The translations under genes and the position numbers were made by a program. The notes below the pieces were generated by a model. That model had not been told where the DNA came from and did not search any database. It was given only the letters and a program-made list of their open reading frames with translations. This document shows, piece by piece, positions 32,071-41,851 of a DNA stretch of 50,706 nt. The stretch covers positions 521 to 51,226 of the forward strand of contig JALWUQ010000039.1 in NCBI GenBank assembly GCA_026993075.1. The letters are read 5' to 3'. This DNA comes from Campylobacteraceae bacterium. GTDB lineage: Bacteria > Campylobacterota > Campylobacteria > Campylobacterales > JALSKU01. Numbering within the stretch: the first letter of the stretch is position 1; each line of letters opens with the position of its first letter.

Positions 32071-33252
32071 ATGTTGGAACAAATGGATAAAGAGTATGTT
32101 ATGCATACTTACGGAAGAAATTATGTCAATTTTAAACATGGAAAAAATGCAACTTTATATGATGAAAATAATAAAGATTATATAGACTTTACAAGTGGTA
32201 TAGGTGTAGTAAGTATCGGACACAGCAATGATGTTCTCTCAAACGCGATATGTACACAAGCTAAAAATATTATACACATTTCAAACCTGTTTTTGATAGA
32301 GCCACAGGCTAAACTTGCCAAAAAAATGGTAGAACTTTGTGGGTTTGATATGAGAGTTTTTTTTGCAAACAGTGGAGCTGAAGCAAATGAAGGAGCTATA
32401 AAAATAGCAAGAAAATATGGAGAAGTTGAGGGTGAGCCTAAAAGATACAAAATCATTACTTTAGAAAATTCTTTTCACGGAAGAACTATAACTGCATTAA
32501 AAGCAACCGGACAAGAAAAAATGCATAACTTTTTCGGTCCATTTCCAGATGGCTTTGTGTATGCAAAGGATATGGATGAAGTGCTTGGACTTTGTGATGA
32601 TAAATGTGTAGCTGTTATGCTGGAGCTTGTTCAAGGCGAGGGAGGAGTTGAACCGCAAGATAAAGAAAAAATACAATATCTATCTAAGTGTTTGAAAGAA
32701 AAAGATATTTTGCTTATAGTTGATGAGGTGCAAACAGGTATTTACAGAACCGGTGAATTTTTTGCTTCAAATTTATATGAGATAGAGCCAGATATTATAA
32801 CTGTTGCAAAAGGGTTAGCTGGTGGAGTTCCAATCGGAGCTGTTATGACTAATCTAAAAGATATTTTTTCTCCAGGAGACCATGGAAGCACATTTGGTGG
32901 CAACTACCTTTCAAGTGCTGCAGCAAATGCTGTTTTGAAAATTTTGGAAAATGATAAAACAAGTGGTAAGCTTGATGAGAGAATGCTTTATTTTAGTGAT
33001 AAATTAAATAAATTTGCAAAAAATCATAAAGAGTTTATAGATAAAGTAGTTGGACTTGGACTTATGAGAGGACTTAGAATAAACAGTAGTGATAACTTGA
33101 CAAAAATAATCAATAAAAGCTTTCAAGAAGGAGTTTTACTTTTAAAAGCAGGACGAAATACTTTAAGATTTTTACCACCACTTACTATAAGTCAAGAAGA
33201 GATTGATTTGGGATTTGAAAGACTTGAGAATGCTTTTAAAAATATTTCTTAG
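32071..33252 (+). CDS. argD: acetylornithine aminotransferase
   Basis: NSGAEANEGAIK, SFHGRT, QGEGG, DEVQTG, AKGLAGG, HGSTFGGN. Confidence 0.93.
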   Translation: MLEQMDKEYVMHTYGRNYVNFKHGKNATLYDENNKDYIDFTSGIGVVSIGHSNDVLSNAICTQAKNIIHISNLFLIEPQAKLAKKMVELCGFDMRVFFANSGAEANEGAIKIARKYGEVEGEPKRYKIITLENSFHGRTITALKATGQEKMHNFFGPFPDGFVYAKDMDEVLGLCDDKCVAVMLELVQGEGGVEPQDKEKIQYLSKCLKEKDILLIVDEVQTGIYRTGEFFASNLYEIEPDIITVAKGLAGGVPIGAVMTNLKDIFSPGDHGSTFGGNYLSSAAANAVLKILENDKTSGKLDERMLYFSDKLNKFAKNHKEFIDKVVGLGLMRGLRINSSDNLTKIINKSFQEGVLLLKAGRNTLRFLPPLTISQEEIDLGFERLENAFKNIS

Positions 33253-34420
33253 TATTGCCGTTAGCACTGTATTTTTGAATGCAGCTCAATATGATATATT
33301 GTCAAAAACAAAAAGAGGTATTATAGAAAACGAAAAAAAGCAAAATAAAAAAAATAGTGATATTCTAAAATTTGACTGGATTAATCCAATAACCGGATCT
33401 TACTCTCATACTATTAGCACACAAACTTCACCAAGTCAAACTATTGACAATCTTTCTATATCTTTAAATCAACCTATTTTTAGAAGCGGAGGGATATATT
33501 ATGCTATAAAGTATGCAAATGCGAATAGAGAATTTCTTAAATTTGCAACTTCTTTGAGTGAAAAATCACTTTTATTTAATGCTTATACAATACTTTTGAA
33601 TTTAAAAAATCTTAATTTAAGTATAAAAAAACAAAAATTATTGATCAAGAATGCAGTGATAAATATAACTGTAAAAAAAGAACAATACCTCAAAGGTTTA
33701 ATCGACAGTAGTTTTTTAGATAATGCAATATTCAATAAAAATTCCCTTGATATTGGACTTTTAAATATGCAATCTTCTAAAGTTGATTTGGAAAAACAAT
33801 TTAAAGTGATAAGCTCACTTAATTATAAAACTATAAAGCTGCCACATTTAAAACTACTAAATTTATCTAAATTTTTGAAATCCAACTTAGTTCTTAAAGA
33901 CTCAATGGCCAATATAAAACAGACAAATTATCTTAAAAAAATGACTATATCAAAGTATTTACCAACTGTTTCGCTTTTTGCTAACTATAATAGCAGCAGA
34001 ATCAGTTATATAGGAACTGTTCATGATAGTTACAAGCAATATGGTATAAATATATCTATGCCTTTATTTGATATAAACAGAGGTAAAAATATACAATTAC
34101 AAAAGTTGAAATACTTAAAATCAAAACTTGAAATGATTGATAAAAAACATCAAGAAAAAGAGTTGTATAAATCAATAGTTGAAAAAATTAAAATATATCA
34201 TAAAAAGATAGCATTGGCAAAGAAACAAGAACACCTTTATGCTTCGTTGCTTAGTAGCACAAAAGATTTATACAAAGCAGGTGAAAAAACTGTATATGAT
34301 GTGGATACCATGCAAAATTCATTAAGAAGCACAAAGATTGATAAATATATTTATCAAAATGATATTGATTTATTGTTACTTAGCTTATATGCACATCTTG
34401 ATGATAAACAAAAATTATGA
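33230..34420 (+). CDS. TolC family outer-membrane protein
   Basis: Signal peptide from ATG 33230; QPIFRSGG; YLPTVSL..MPLFD. Confidence 0.8.
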   Translation: MLLKIFLSIAVSTVFLNAAQYDILSKTKRGIIENEKKQNKKNSDILKFDWINPITGSYSHTISTQTSPSQTIDNLSISLNQPIFRSGGIYYAIKYANANREFLKFATSLSEKSLLFNAYTILLNLKNLNLSIKKQKLLIKNAVINITVKKEQYLKGLIDSSFLDNAIFNKNSLDIGLLNMQSSKVDLEKQFKVISSLNYKTIKLPHLKLLNLSKFLKSNLVLKDSMANIKQTNYLKKMTISKYLPTVSLFANYNSSRISYIGTVHDSYKQYGINISMPLFDINRGKNIQLQKLKYLKSKLEMIDKKHQEKELYKSIVEKIKIYHKKIALAKKQEHLYASLLSSTKDLYKAGEKTVYDVDTMQNSLRSTKIDKYIYQNDIDLLLLSLYAHLDDKQKL

Positions 34421-34560
34421 TTTTTATACTCTTGCTGATAGGCAAAGCTTTAGTGAGAGGAATTTTCAAAGATTTTACATCTTGATGATAAACAAAAATT
34501 ATGATTTTTATACTCTTGCTGATAGGCAAAGCTTTAGTGAGAGGAATTTTCAAAGATTTT
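34393..34560 (+). repeat. exact 84-bp tandem duplication
   Basis: 34393-34476 is identical to 34477-34560; ACATCTT occurs at 34393, 34477 and 34561. Confidence 0.92.
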
Positions 34561-34577
34561 ACATCTTTGAAAAGGAG
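34511..34577 (+). repeat. dispersed intergenic repeat, copy 2 (hairpin + SD of methyltransferase); truncated duplicate at 34427-34483
   Basis: CTTGCTGATAGGCAAAGCTTTAG...TTTTCAAAGAT-TTTAC-ATCTTTGAAAA-GGAG. Confidence 0.85.
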
Positions 34578-34585
34578 AAATAAAT

Positions 34586-35611
34586 ATGAAGCTTAGTGAA
34601 TTTATGGAAAAATGGCTTTACGATAAAGATGGGTATTATGCACAATACAAAGAGATAGGTAAAAAAGGAGATTTTTATACATCAGTCAGTAGTAGTATGT
34701 TTTTTGGAGGAAGTATTGCAAAAAAGCTTCTTAAAACTATAAAAGAAGGTTTTTTAACTGAAAATTCAACTGTTTTGGAGATAGGTGCTCATAAAGGATA
34801 TCTTTTAGCTGATATTGTTCAGTTTATATTTACTCTTGAACCGAAACTTATACAAACTTTAAAATTTGCCATTTTAGAGCCACAACCCAAACTTCAAGAA
34901 ATTCAAAAAAGATATTTAAGAGAGTCATTTGATGATATGATAAAGTTTGACTTTTTTTCATCCTTTGATGAGATATCTTTAGAGTCTTCTTTTGTGGTTG
35001 CAAATGAGATATTTGATGCGTTTGCTTGTGAGGTTGTAAAAGATGATAAAATGCTTTATATAAATGATGATTTAAGTCCTTATTTTGATAAGCTTTCACC
35101 ATTTATAAAAAATTTATCAAAAAGATATAGTATTAAAAATGGTGAGATAAGTGTTGGATATGAAGAATTTGCAAAAAATTTATCTAAAAGTATAAAGAGA
35201 TTTGAATTTATTGCATTTGATTATGGAGAAAAAGAAGCAAGAAGTGATTTTTCTCTTAGAGTTTACGATAAACACAAAGTTTATCCTTTTTTTTCACTCA
35301 CAAAATTTGCAAAAGATGATAAACTTATGCATAATGGAATTGATTTAAAGTCACTGTACAAAAAAAGCGATATAACATACGATGTACACTTTACCCACTT
35401 GATAGATGCTTTTAAAAATGCAGATATAAGAAATACAGAATATATGACTCAAATGAAAGCATTGGTGGAGTTTGGACTTATAGAATTGCTTGAACTGTTA
35501 AAACAAAATAGCAGTGAAAAAACCTATTTAAATGAACTAAATAAAGTTAAGATGCTTATAGATCCAGCCTTTTTGGGAGAGAGATTTAAGTGTATAATTT
35601 TTAGAAAATGA
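34586..35611 (+). CDS. SAM-dependent methyltransferase, MidA/NDUFAF7 family
   Basis: GYY...IGKKGDFYTS, EIGAHKG, ANEIFDAF, DYG, DITYDVHF, LGERFK. Confidence 0.9.
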   Translation: MKLSEFMEKWLYDKDGYYAQYKEIGKKGDFYTSVSSSMFFGGSIAKKLLKTIKEGFLTENSTVLEIGAHKGYLLADIVQFIFTLEPKLIQTLKFAILEPQPKLQEIQKRYLRESFDDMIKFDFFSSFDEISLESSFVVANEIFDAFACEVVKDDKMLYINDDLSPYFDKLSPFIKNLSKRYSIKNGEISVGYEEFAKNLSKSIKRFEFIAFDYGEKEARSDFSLRVYDKHKVYPFFSLTKFAKDDKLMHNGIDLKSLYKKSDITYDVHFTHLIDAFKNADIRNTEYMTQMKALVEFGLIELLELLKQNSSEKTYLNELNKVKMLIDPAFLGERFKCIIFRK

Positions 35612-35713
35612 TCTCTCCCTTTTAGCCAACTTTCTAAAAATAATTGATTTTTTACTAAAACATTGTGTTAGCTTATCTTGGATATAATGATAAAATTTTT
35701 TAAGGATAGTGTA

Positions 35714-36937
35714 ATGATTCGATTTTTAATTATTTTGATTTTGCCTATTATAGCATTTGCATCGCAAGTGCAGTACTTAAGGTGGGATGGAAACTCATAT
35801 CTTCAATTTTTACAGGAAAATCATTTACCTTTAAAACAATTATATTATAACTTAAGTGGCGATAATCAACGAGCTATAGCTGAAATACAAAAAGGAACCC
35901 ATTATCAAGTTTTAAAAGACTCTAATGGTACTGTAGAGCAGGTGTTGATACCTGTAAGTGATGAGCTTCAGATACATATAGTTAAAAACAATGTACATTC
36001 AACCTTTAAATTGATACCTATCATAAGTACAACAAAACAAGAAGGCTTTGTTCTACATATCAATAATTCACCATATTATGACATTTTAAAAGATACAAAT
36101 TCCAGAAGTTTAGCTTCAATATTTCTTGATAGTTTTAAAAAATCTATAAACTTTAAAAGAGATATTCACAAAGGCGATAAAGTTGTAATGATTTATGATC
36201 AAAAGTATCGTTTCGGTCATGTTTTTTCTATGCCAAAGCTTTTAGCAGCAATGGTACAAACAGGTAAAACTAAACATTATGTATATAATTTTCATGGAAG
36301 ATATTATGACGGTAGAGGACACCAACTACAAGGATTTATCTTTATAAGACCGGTAAAAGGTGGCTGGATTAGTTCAACTTTCTCACTTAGAAGATGGCAA
36401 CCTATTTTACATATTTACAGACCACATTTTGGTGTTGATTATGCTGTAGTGATAGGAACCCCTATACATGCGGCAGCATCTGGAAAGATTATTTATGCCG
36501 GATGGATAAGAGGATATGGAAATGTTATAAAAATATCAAATGGCGACGGATATGTAACTTTATATGCTCATCAAAAACGCTTTAAAAGAGGCATTAGAGT
36601 AGGTAAATATGTAAAACAGGGGCAGACTATAGGCTATGTAGGCGTCACGGGACTTTCTACTGGGCCTCATTTGCATTTTGGAGTTTACAGATATGGCAGA
36701 GCTATCAATCCAGAGCTTGTTGTGCAAAAAGCAACAAAAAGGCTTTGGGGAAAAGCAAAAAAATCTTTTATTGCTTATAAAGAAAAAATGGATAAAAATA
36801 TAGATAGATATATTCTTAAAAATACACCTCCTCCTGTTATAAAACCATTTCAATCAATGTGCAAGTTAAATATCTCAAAACTTAACCCCATGGAATCTTA
36901 TCATCAACAAATACAACAAAGGATAAAAATGCATTAG
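35714..36937 (+). CDS. M23 family peptidoglycan DD-metalloendopeptidase (Csd3-like)
   Basis: HFGVDY (HxxxD), YAHQ, STGPHLHFG; signal peptide from ATG 35714. Confidence 0.9.
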   Translation: MIRFLIILILPIIAFASQVQYLRWDGNSYLQFLQENHLPLKQLYYNLSGDNQRAIAEIQKGTHYQVLKDSNGTVEQVLIPVSDELQIHIVKNNVHSTFKLIPIISTTKQEGFVLHINNSPYYDILKDTNSRSLASIFLDSFKKSINFKRDIHKGDKVVMIYDQKYRFGHVFSMPKLLAAMVQTGKTKHYVYNFHGRYYDGRGHQLQGFIFIRPVKGGWISSTFSLRRWQPILHIYRPHFGVDYAVVIGTPIHAAASGKIIYAGWIRGYGNVIKISNGDGYVTLYAHQKRFKRGIRVGKYVKQGQTIGYVGVTGLSTGPHLHFGVYRYGRAINPELVVQKATKRLWGKAKKSFIAYKEKMDKNIDRYILKNTPPPVIKPFQSMCKLNISKLNPMESYHQQIQQRIKMH

Positions 36938-37315
36938 TTAGTGATAGAGCAGATGAAATTGTTTGTCACTTTTTATTAATGCAATAGCTATGGCATATTT
37001 TTTTTCATGGGTTATTGAGAGCGAAGTTTCGGTGATTGAGTATTTATCAATGATTTGTTTTGGAAGAGTGAAGTAGGGGGCATTTTGTTTTGTTTTATGA
37101 ATTTGTATATCATGAAAAGAAAGCTCTTTTCCAATTCCAGTTCCAAGAGCTTTTGAGATGGCTTCTTTGCTTGCAAAAAAACCAGCTATTGTATGTATCT
37201 TTTTTTTTGAAAGATTTATCTCATTTTGATTTAAAAATCTCTCAAGTGCTTTATCTTTAAATTTTTTATAAAATCCCTCAAATCTTTCAATATCAACTAT
37301 ATCAATTCCAACCAT
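36938..37315 (-). CDS. acpS: holo-ACP synthase
   Basis: GIDIV, FASKEAISKALGTG, SLSITHE. Confidence 0.95.
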   Translation of the reverse strand: MVGIDIVDIERFEGFYKKFKDKALERFLNQNEINLSKKKIHTIAGFFASKEAISKALGTGIGKELSFHDIQIHKTKQNAPYFTLPKQIIDKYSITETSLSITHEKKYAIAIALIKSDKQFHLLYH

Positions 37316-37843
37316 CTACTGAACAACAAATTCTGTAAAATATATATTTTTTATACTTCCATCCGCTAAAACACTGTTTATTCTGTCCACAAGCTCATCT
37401 TTTAGTTTCTCTTTTCCTCTGCCTGTGCTAACTTCCTGATATGTTTTAGATGTTAGAGTTCGTATAACTATATCGCGTATCAAAGGCTTTTTCTTATCAA
37501 GCTCAGCTGTTAGTTTGGCATCACTGAGTTCTAAATCCATCTTTACTTTTAAAAATCTTGATCCATTTTGACTCAGTAAATTTACTATAAATTGATCAAG
37601 CGGATATACAGGTCCTATTTGGGTTAAATCAGAATTCCTGCTTATAACTCTATTTTGAGTATTAGTTTGGGCCTGAGCTTGTGGTGTATTGTTTATTTGT
37701 GATTGAGTATTGTCTGAAAGTAAAAAATAAGCAGCTATGCCACCTCCTACTAAAATTAGTACCAAAAGTATAATTATAATAATTAATACTAATTTTGATC
37801 CTGATTTTTTTGGTTCTTCGTCAACTTTTTTTTCTTCAGCCAT
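37316..37843 (-). CDS. fliL: flagellar basal body-associated protein FliL
   Basis: N-terminal TM; FIVNL, IRD, GKEKLK, IYFTEFVVQ. Confidence 0.95.
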   Translation of the reverse strand: MAEEKKVDEEPKKSGSKLVLIIIIILLVLILVGGGIAAYFLLSDNTQSQINNTPQAQAQTNTQNRVISRNSDLTQIGPVYPLDQFIVNLLSQNGSRFLKVKMDLELSDAKLTAELDKKKPLIRDIVIRTLTSKTYQEVSTGRGKEKLKDELVDRINSVLADGSIKNIYFTEFVVQ

Positions 37844-37871
37844 AAAATTCCTTTACTTGATATATACAGTT

Positions 37872-37898
37872 ATATCGGATGTTTTATAAATTATTTTA
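37872..37898 (-). promoter_or_regulatory. sigma-28 (FliA) promoter for fliL-acpS
   Basis: Minus strand reads TAAA-N15-TCCGATAT, 28 nt before the fliL ATG. Confidence 0.7.
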
Positions 37899-37908
37899 GT
37901 TTATTAAA

Positions 37909-38199
37909 TTAGTCAATAGAGCATTTATCTATATTTAACTCTTTAATTATTGATTCAAAAAAAGCTCCCGATTCTTTATCGTAGTCATCATGAAATTCTA
38001 AGATAAAAACACCTTCATCATTATTATCATCATCATGCTCAATCATAATATCTGGAGAAACTTCAAAATGCTTAATCGCTTTTGTTACAACACTATTTAT
38101 TTCTTTGCTCTGCTCTTCATTAAAATACTTAATTTCAAGCATAGCATATCTTTCTTCCATCTCATGATAAGCTCTCATACAAGCTTTTTTCTTACCCAT
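37909..38199 (-). CDS. small acidic hypothetical protein
   Basis: 96-aa ORF with AAAGG RBS and upstream TGATATAAT (38250-58, minus strand). Confidence 0.7.
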   Translation of the reverse strand: MGKKKACMRAYHEMEERYAMLEIKYFNEEQSKEINSVVTKAIKHFEVSPDIMIEHDDDNNDEGVFILEFHDDYDKESGAFFESIIKELNIDKCSID

Positions 38200-38323
38200 T
38201 TTTAACCTTTGTTATTAATTGACCTTATTGCAAAATAAATCATAAAAAAATTATATCAAAATAATTTAAAATAAGCTATAAAGTTATCTTTAATTATATG
38301 GTTAAAGTATATTTGCATAAGAT

Positions 38324-39673
38324 TTACATCCAGTCAATCAGTTTTGAAACTTCATTTACTTCATAGCATTTTAGTTCGCTGATATTGCTTGTAGGCTTTT
38401 TAGGTACTACTGCTTTTTTAAAATTTTGCATTTTTGCTTCTTTGAGTCTTAAGTCAAGATTGAAAATATCTCTAATATTACCTATAAGAGTAATTTCTCC
38501 TAAAAAGATTGTGTCTTTGCTAAGTGGTCTATTGTTAAAACTGCTAAGTATTGCAGCCACCACAGCAAGATCACATGCGGTCTCATTTATTTTAATGCCT
38601 CCTGAAATATTTATAAAAACATCATAATGATTAAACGGAAGTTCTATCTTTTTTTCTAGTAATGCTAAAAGCATGTTAAGTCTATTCAATTCAAAGCCGG
38701 TTGCACTTCTTTTTGGGTTGGGAAAGTTGCTTTCGCTTACTAAAGCCTGAATTTCAAGTATAATAGGTCTTGTTCCCTCCATCGCAACTGTTATAGCTGA
38801 GCCAGGTGATGAATTTTCTCTTGTAAAAAATTTTTTAGAGATATTGCTTGCACTTATTAAACCTTTTTGGCTCATTTCAAATATTCCAATTTCACTAGTT
38901 GATCCAAATCTGTTTTTAAAACCTCTTAAAAGTCTTAATTCTTTTGATGCGTCTCCTTCAAAATACAAAACAGTATCAACCATATGTTCTAATATCCTAG
39001 GACCAGCTATTGTGCCATCTTTTGTGATATGTCCTATGATAAAAATGGCGATATTTTTCTCTTTTGCATATCTCATAAGTTCAAAAGTAATTTCTCTTAC
39101 TTGAGATACACTTCCAGGTGCTGCGGTCAATTTTTCAGAATATATTGTCTGTATCGAATCTACTATGATAACAGCATAATCACTATTATGGCATTCAGCC
39201 AAGATATTTTCCATTTTTATTTCTGTTAGCAAAAATATATCTGAGTGGTTGACTTCCAATCTGTTTGCTCTTAGCTTTAATTGTGATTTTGATTCTTCTC
39301 CACTTATGTAAAGTACTTTTTTTCCTGAGTTTGCCAAATTTCCAGCTATCTTTAATAGAAGTGTAGATTTGCCTACTCCGGGGCTTCCGCCAATAAGCAC
39401 CAAACTTCCAGGGACTATACCGCCGCCAAGCACTAAATCTAACTCTTTTGAATGAGATGAATATCTCTGTATTACATCTTCTTTAATTTTTGCTAATGAT
39501 TGAGCTTTTTCATAGTTTGCCGTAGCACTACCCATCTGTTTCAAAACTTCTATTTGTGTTTTATTAAGCTCAATTATTTGTTCCCAAGTACCACAATTTG
39601 GACATTTACCCATCCATTTTGATGTTTGATATCCACAAGCTTGACATTCAAAAAGTTGTTTTGATTTAGCCAT
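38324..39673 (-). CDS. radA: DNA repair protein RadA/Sms
   Basis: CxxC..CxxC zinc finger, GSPGVGKSTLL, KNRFG, Lon-like C-terminus. Confidence 0.97.
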   Translation of the reverse strand: MAKSKQLFECQACGYQTSKWMGKCPNCGTWEQIIELNKTQIEVLKQMGSATANYEKAQSLAKIKEDVIQRYSSHSKELDLVLGGGIVPGSLVLIGGSPGVGKSTLLLKIAGNLANSGKKVLYISGEESKSQLKLRANRLEVNHSDIFLLTEIKMENILAECHNSDYAVIIVDSIQTIYSEKLTAAPGSVSQVREITFELMRYAKEKNIAIFIIGHITKDGTIAGPRILEHMVDTVLYFEGDASKELRLLRGFKNRFGSTSEIGIFEMSQKGLISASNISKKFFTRENSSPGSAITVAMEGTRPIILEIQALVSESNFPNPKRSATGFELNRLNMLLALLEKKIELPFNHYDVFINISGGIKINETACDLAVVAAILSSFNNRPLSKDTIFLGEITLIGNIRDIFNLDLRLKEAKMQNFKKAVVPKKPTSNISELKCYEVNEVSKLIDWM

Positions 39674-40553
39674 CTGTTTCGCTTAAGTAAAATGAATCAA
39701 GCAAGCTGTCTATATATTCTTCGGCATCAAATTTTACCAAATCATCCTCTTTCTCTCCTACTCCAATATAAAGTATTGGAAGTTTTAATTCATTTGCAAT
39801 ACTAAAGAGTGCTCCTCCTTTTGCTGTACCGTCTAATTTTGTTATTATAATGGCATCTATACCTACTATCTCTTTAAAAGCTTTTGCTTGAGAAATTGCA
39901 GAGTTTCCTTGCGTACCGTCTAAGATCAAAATCTTTCTGTGAGGAGTTCCACTTTTTGCTTTATCGCAAATTCTAACTATTTTTTTTATCTCATTTGAGA
40001 GATTTGTTTGGTTATGAAGTCTTCCGGCGGTATCTACTAAAACATTATCAAAATTTTTTGCAATAGCTGATTTAATGGTATCAAAGGCTACAGCTGAAGG
40101 GTCATGACCTTGTTTTGTTGCAACTATTGGAATGTCAAGTTTTATAGCCCATCTTCTAAGTTGTTCAACTGCGGCAGCCCTAAAGGTATCGGCTGCTCCT
40201 AAAATAACTTTTTTATTTTCATTTTTGTATAATTTTGCCAATTTGGCGATAGTTGTTGTCTTTCCAGCTCCGTTTACTCCAAGTATTAACTCAACAAAAG
40301 GTTTTTGCTCTATATTTTTTATATTTGTATTTTCAATAAAAAAAGATAACAAGACTCTTTTTAAATCACTTCGTTCGATGAGATTTGAAGGTGGCAGATA
40401 GTATAAAACTTTTTCTACTACCTCGTATGTTACATCAGCTTCAAGTAAAATATCTTCTATTTCATCTTTTGGAATTTTCTCTTTTTTTTCTGGTGCAATA
40501 TTTTTGATAGCATCAATAGTTTTGCCTAAAGATTTTTTTATAAAGCTAAACAC
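39666..40553 (-). CDS. ftsY: signal recognition particle receptor
   Basis: GVNGAGKTTT, DTFRAAA, DTAGR, TKLDGTAKGG. Confidence 0.97.
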   Translation of the reverse strand: MFSFIKKSLGKTIDAIKNIAPEKKEKIPKDEIEDILLEADVTYEVVEKVLYYLPPSNLIERSDLKRVLLSFFIENTNIKNIEQKPFVELILGVNGAGKTTTIAKLAKLYKNENKKVILGAADTFRAAAVEQLRRWAIKLDIPIVATKQGHDPSAVAFDTIKSAIAKNFDNVLVDTAGRLHNQTNLSNEIKKIVRICDKAKSGTPHRKILILDGTQGNSAISQAKAFKEIVGIDAIIITKLDGTAKGGALFSIANELKLPILYIGVGEKEDDLVKFDAEEYIDSLLDSFYLSETDG

Positions 40554-41125
40554 TATTTTATAACCTTTTTTAAATCAGAATTTATCATTTCTTCGGGAAT
40601 AGCCCCAAGATAGTGAGTGACAATATCCCCTTTTTTATTGTACAAAATCATAAATGGAATATTTTGAACTTCTCCCATCATTGATGAAAGTTTATAATTG
40701 TTTGGGCCGTTTGTTATGATGTAATTTATGGAGTTATATTTTATGAAGCTTTTGATTTCACTGTCTGGTTTATTATTTTCTAATAAAATAGATATGATTT
40801 GTAATTTATTTTTATATTTTTTTTGTAAATTCACAAGATGCGGTATTTCGGCTTTACAGGGAGGACACCAAGTAGCAAAAAAATCCAATAAAATTACTTT
40901 ATTTTTTACTCCTTTTATTTTTAAATTATTACCATTTTTTATAAGTGTCAATTCATTACCATCAACTGTATGAAGCGTTATTTGATTTGCATTATTAAGT
41001 TTAGTTTGTTTGACTACGGTTGAGTTTTTTGCTTTTTTTGTGTTATTAGTATTATTTTTATGGTTTTCACAGCCGCTAAAAACTAAAATACTCATCAATA
41101 TAATAATAAATGAAATTTGTTTCAT
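40553..41125 (-). CDS. TlpA family thiol-disulfide oxidoreductase lipoprotein
   Basis: Lipobox FSGC; FFATWCPPC. Confidence 0.9.
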   Translation of the reverse strand: MKQISFIIILMSILVFSGCENHKNNTNNTKKAKNSTVVKQTKLNNANQITLHTVDGNELTLIKNGNNLKIKGVKNKVILLDFFATWCPPCKAEIPHLVNLQKKYKNKLQIISILLENNKPDSEIKSFIKYNSINYIITNGPNNYKLSSMMGEVQNIPFMILYNKKGDIVTHYLGAIPEEMINSDLKKVIK

Positions 41126-41197
41126 TGGTAACCTTATGTGTAAAATATTTCGATATTATACCAATATAAAATAAAAAATGACCAAAGGATATGAATT

Positions 41198-41851
41198 ATG
41201 TTTGTAAAAAAGAAAGTTTTTAGACAAGAATGCAAAAAGAAACTTGAAAAAAGTGCTAAAATTGCAAAAATATACAAAGATAAGAAAGTTCAAAATAAGC
41301 TTTATGAGATTATAAAAAGTATAAAAGTTCAAAATATCTTATTGTATATACCTATGGGTTTTGAAGTAAATATAAATGATTTTATAAAAAAAATGCGTAA
41401 ATTATGTAACATATTTGTGCCATTTATGGAAGGTGTCAGTTTTAAAATTGTAAAATACAGACTGCCATTGAAAAAGAAAAGATTTTCTATAAAAGAGCCA
41501 AATAATTCTTTTTTTAAAAATAAAAGAATTGATATAGCTATAGTTCCTGTTTTAGGAGTTGGTGCGAACTATAAAAGAGTTGGTTTTGGCAAAGGCATGT
41601 ATGATAGATTTTTTGCGAATCTTGAGTATAAGCCGATAATAATTTTTGTTCAGATTGAAAAATGTTTTAATAAAAAAGTTATCACAAGCACATACGACAT
41701 ACAATCTGATTTTTATGTAACTCCTGAAAAAATTTATATTACAAGGGGAAAGCAGTATGTTAATAGAGATTTCTATAGCCGCCGCAAGTGTACTCATAGG
41801 AGGAGTAGTAGGCGCATTAATACAAAAGCAGTTAGAAACTTCAAAATTTGA
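41198..41851 (+). CDS. 5-formyltetrahydrofolate cyclo-ligase
   Basis: EP, IVP, RVGFGKGMYDR. Confidence 0.9.
   Translation: MFVKKKVFRQECKKKLEKSAKIAKIYKDKKVQNKLYEIIKSIKVQNILLYIPMGFEVNINDFIKKMRKLCNIFVPFMEGVSFKIVKYRLPLKKKRFSIKEPNNSFFKNKRIDIAIVPVLGVGANYKRVGFGKGMYDRFFANLEYKPIIIFVQIEKCFNKKVITSTYDIQSDFYVTPEKIYITRGKQYVNRDFYSRRKCTHRRSSRRINTKAVRNFKI

Noticed and set aside
34393-34567. CRISPR array
   Set aside because: Contiguous duplication with no unique spacers and no cas genes.
34338-34583. 81-aa ORF with an internal 28-aa repeat
   Set aside because: By-product of the 84-bp duplication; it overlaps tolC and has no RBS.
41126-41197. 6S RNA upstream of 5-formyl-THF cyclo-ligase
   Set aside because: The spacer is only 72 nt and holds divergent promoters.
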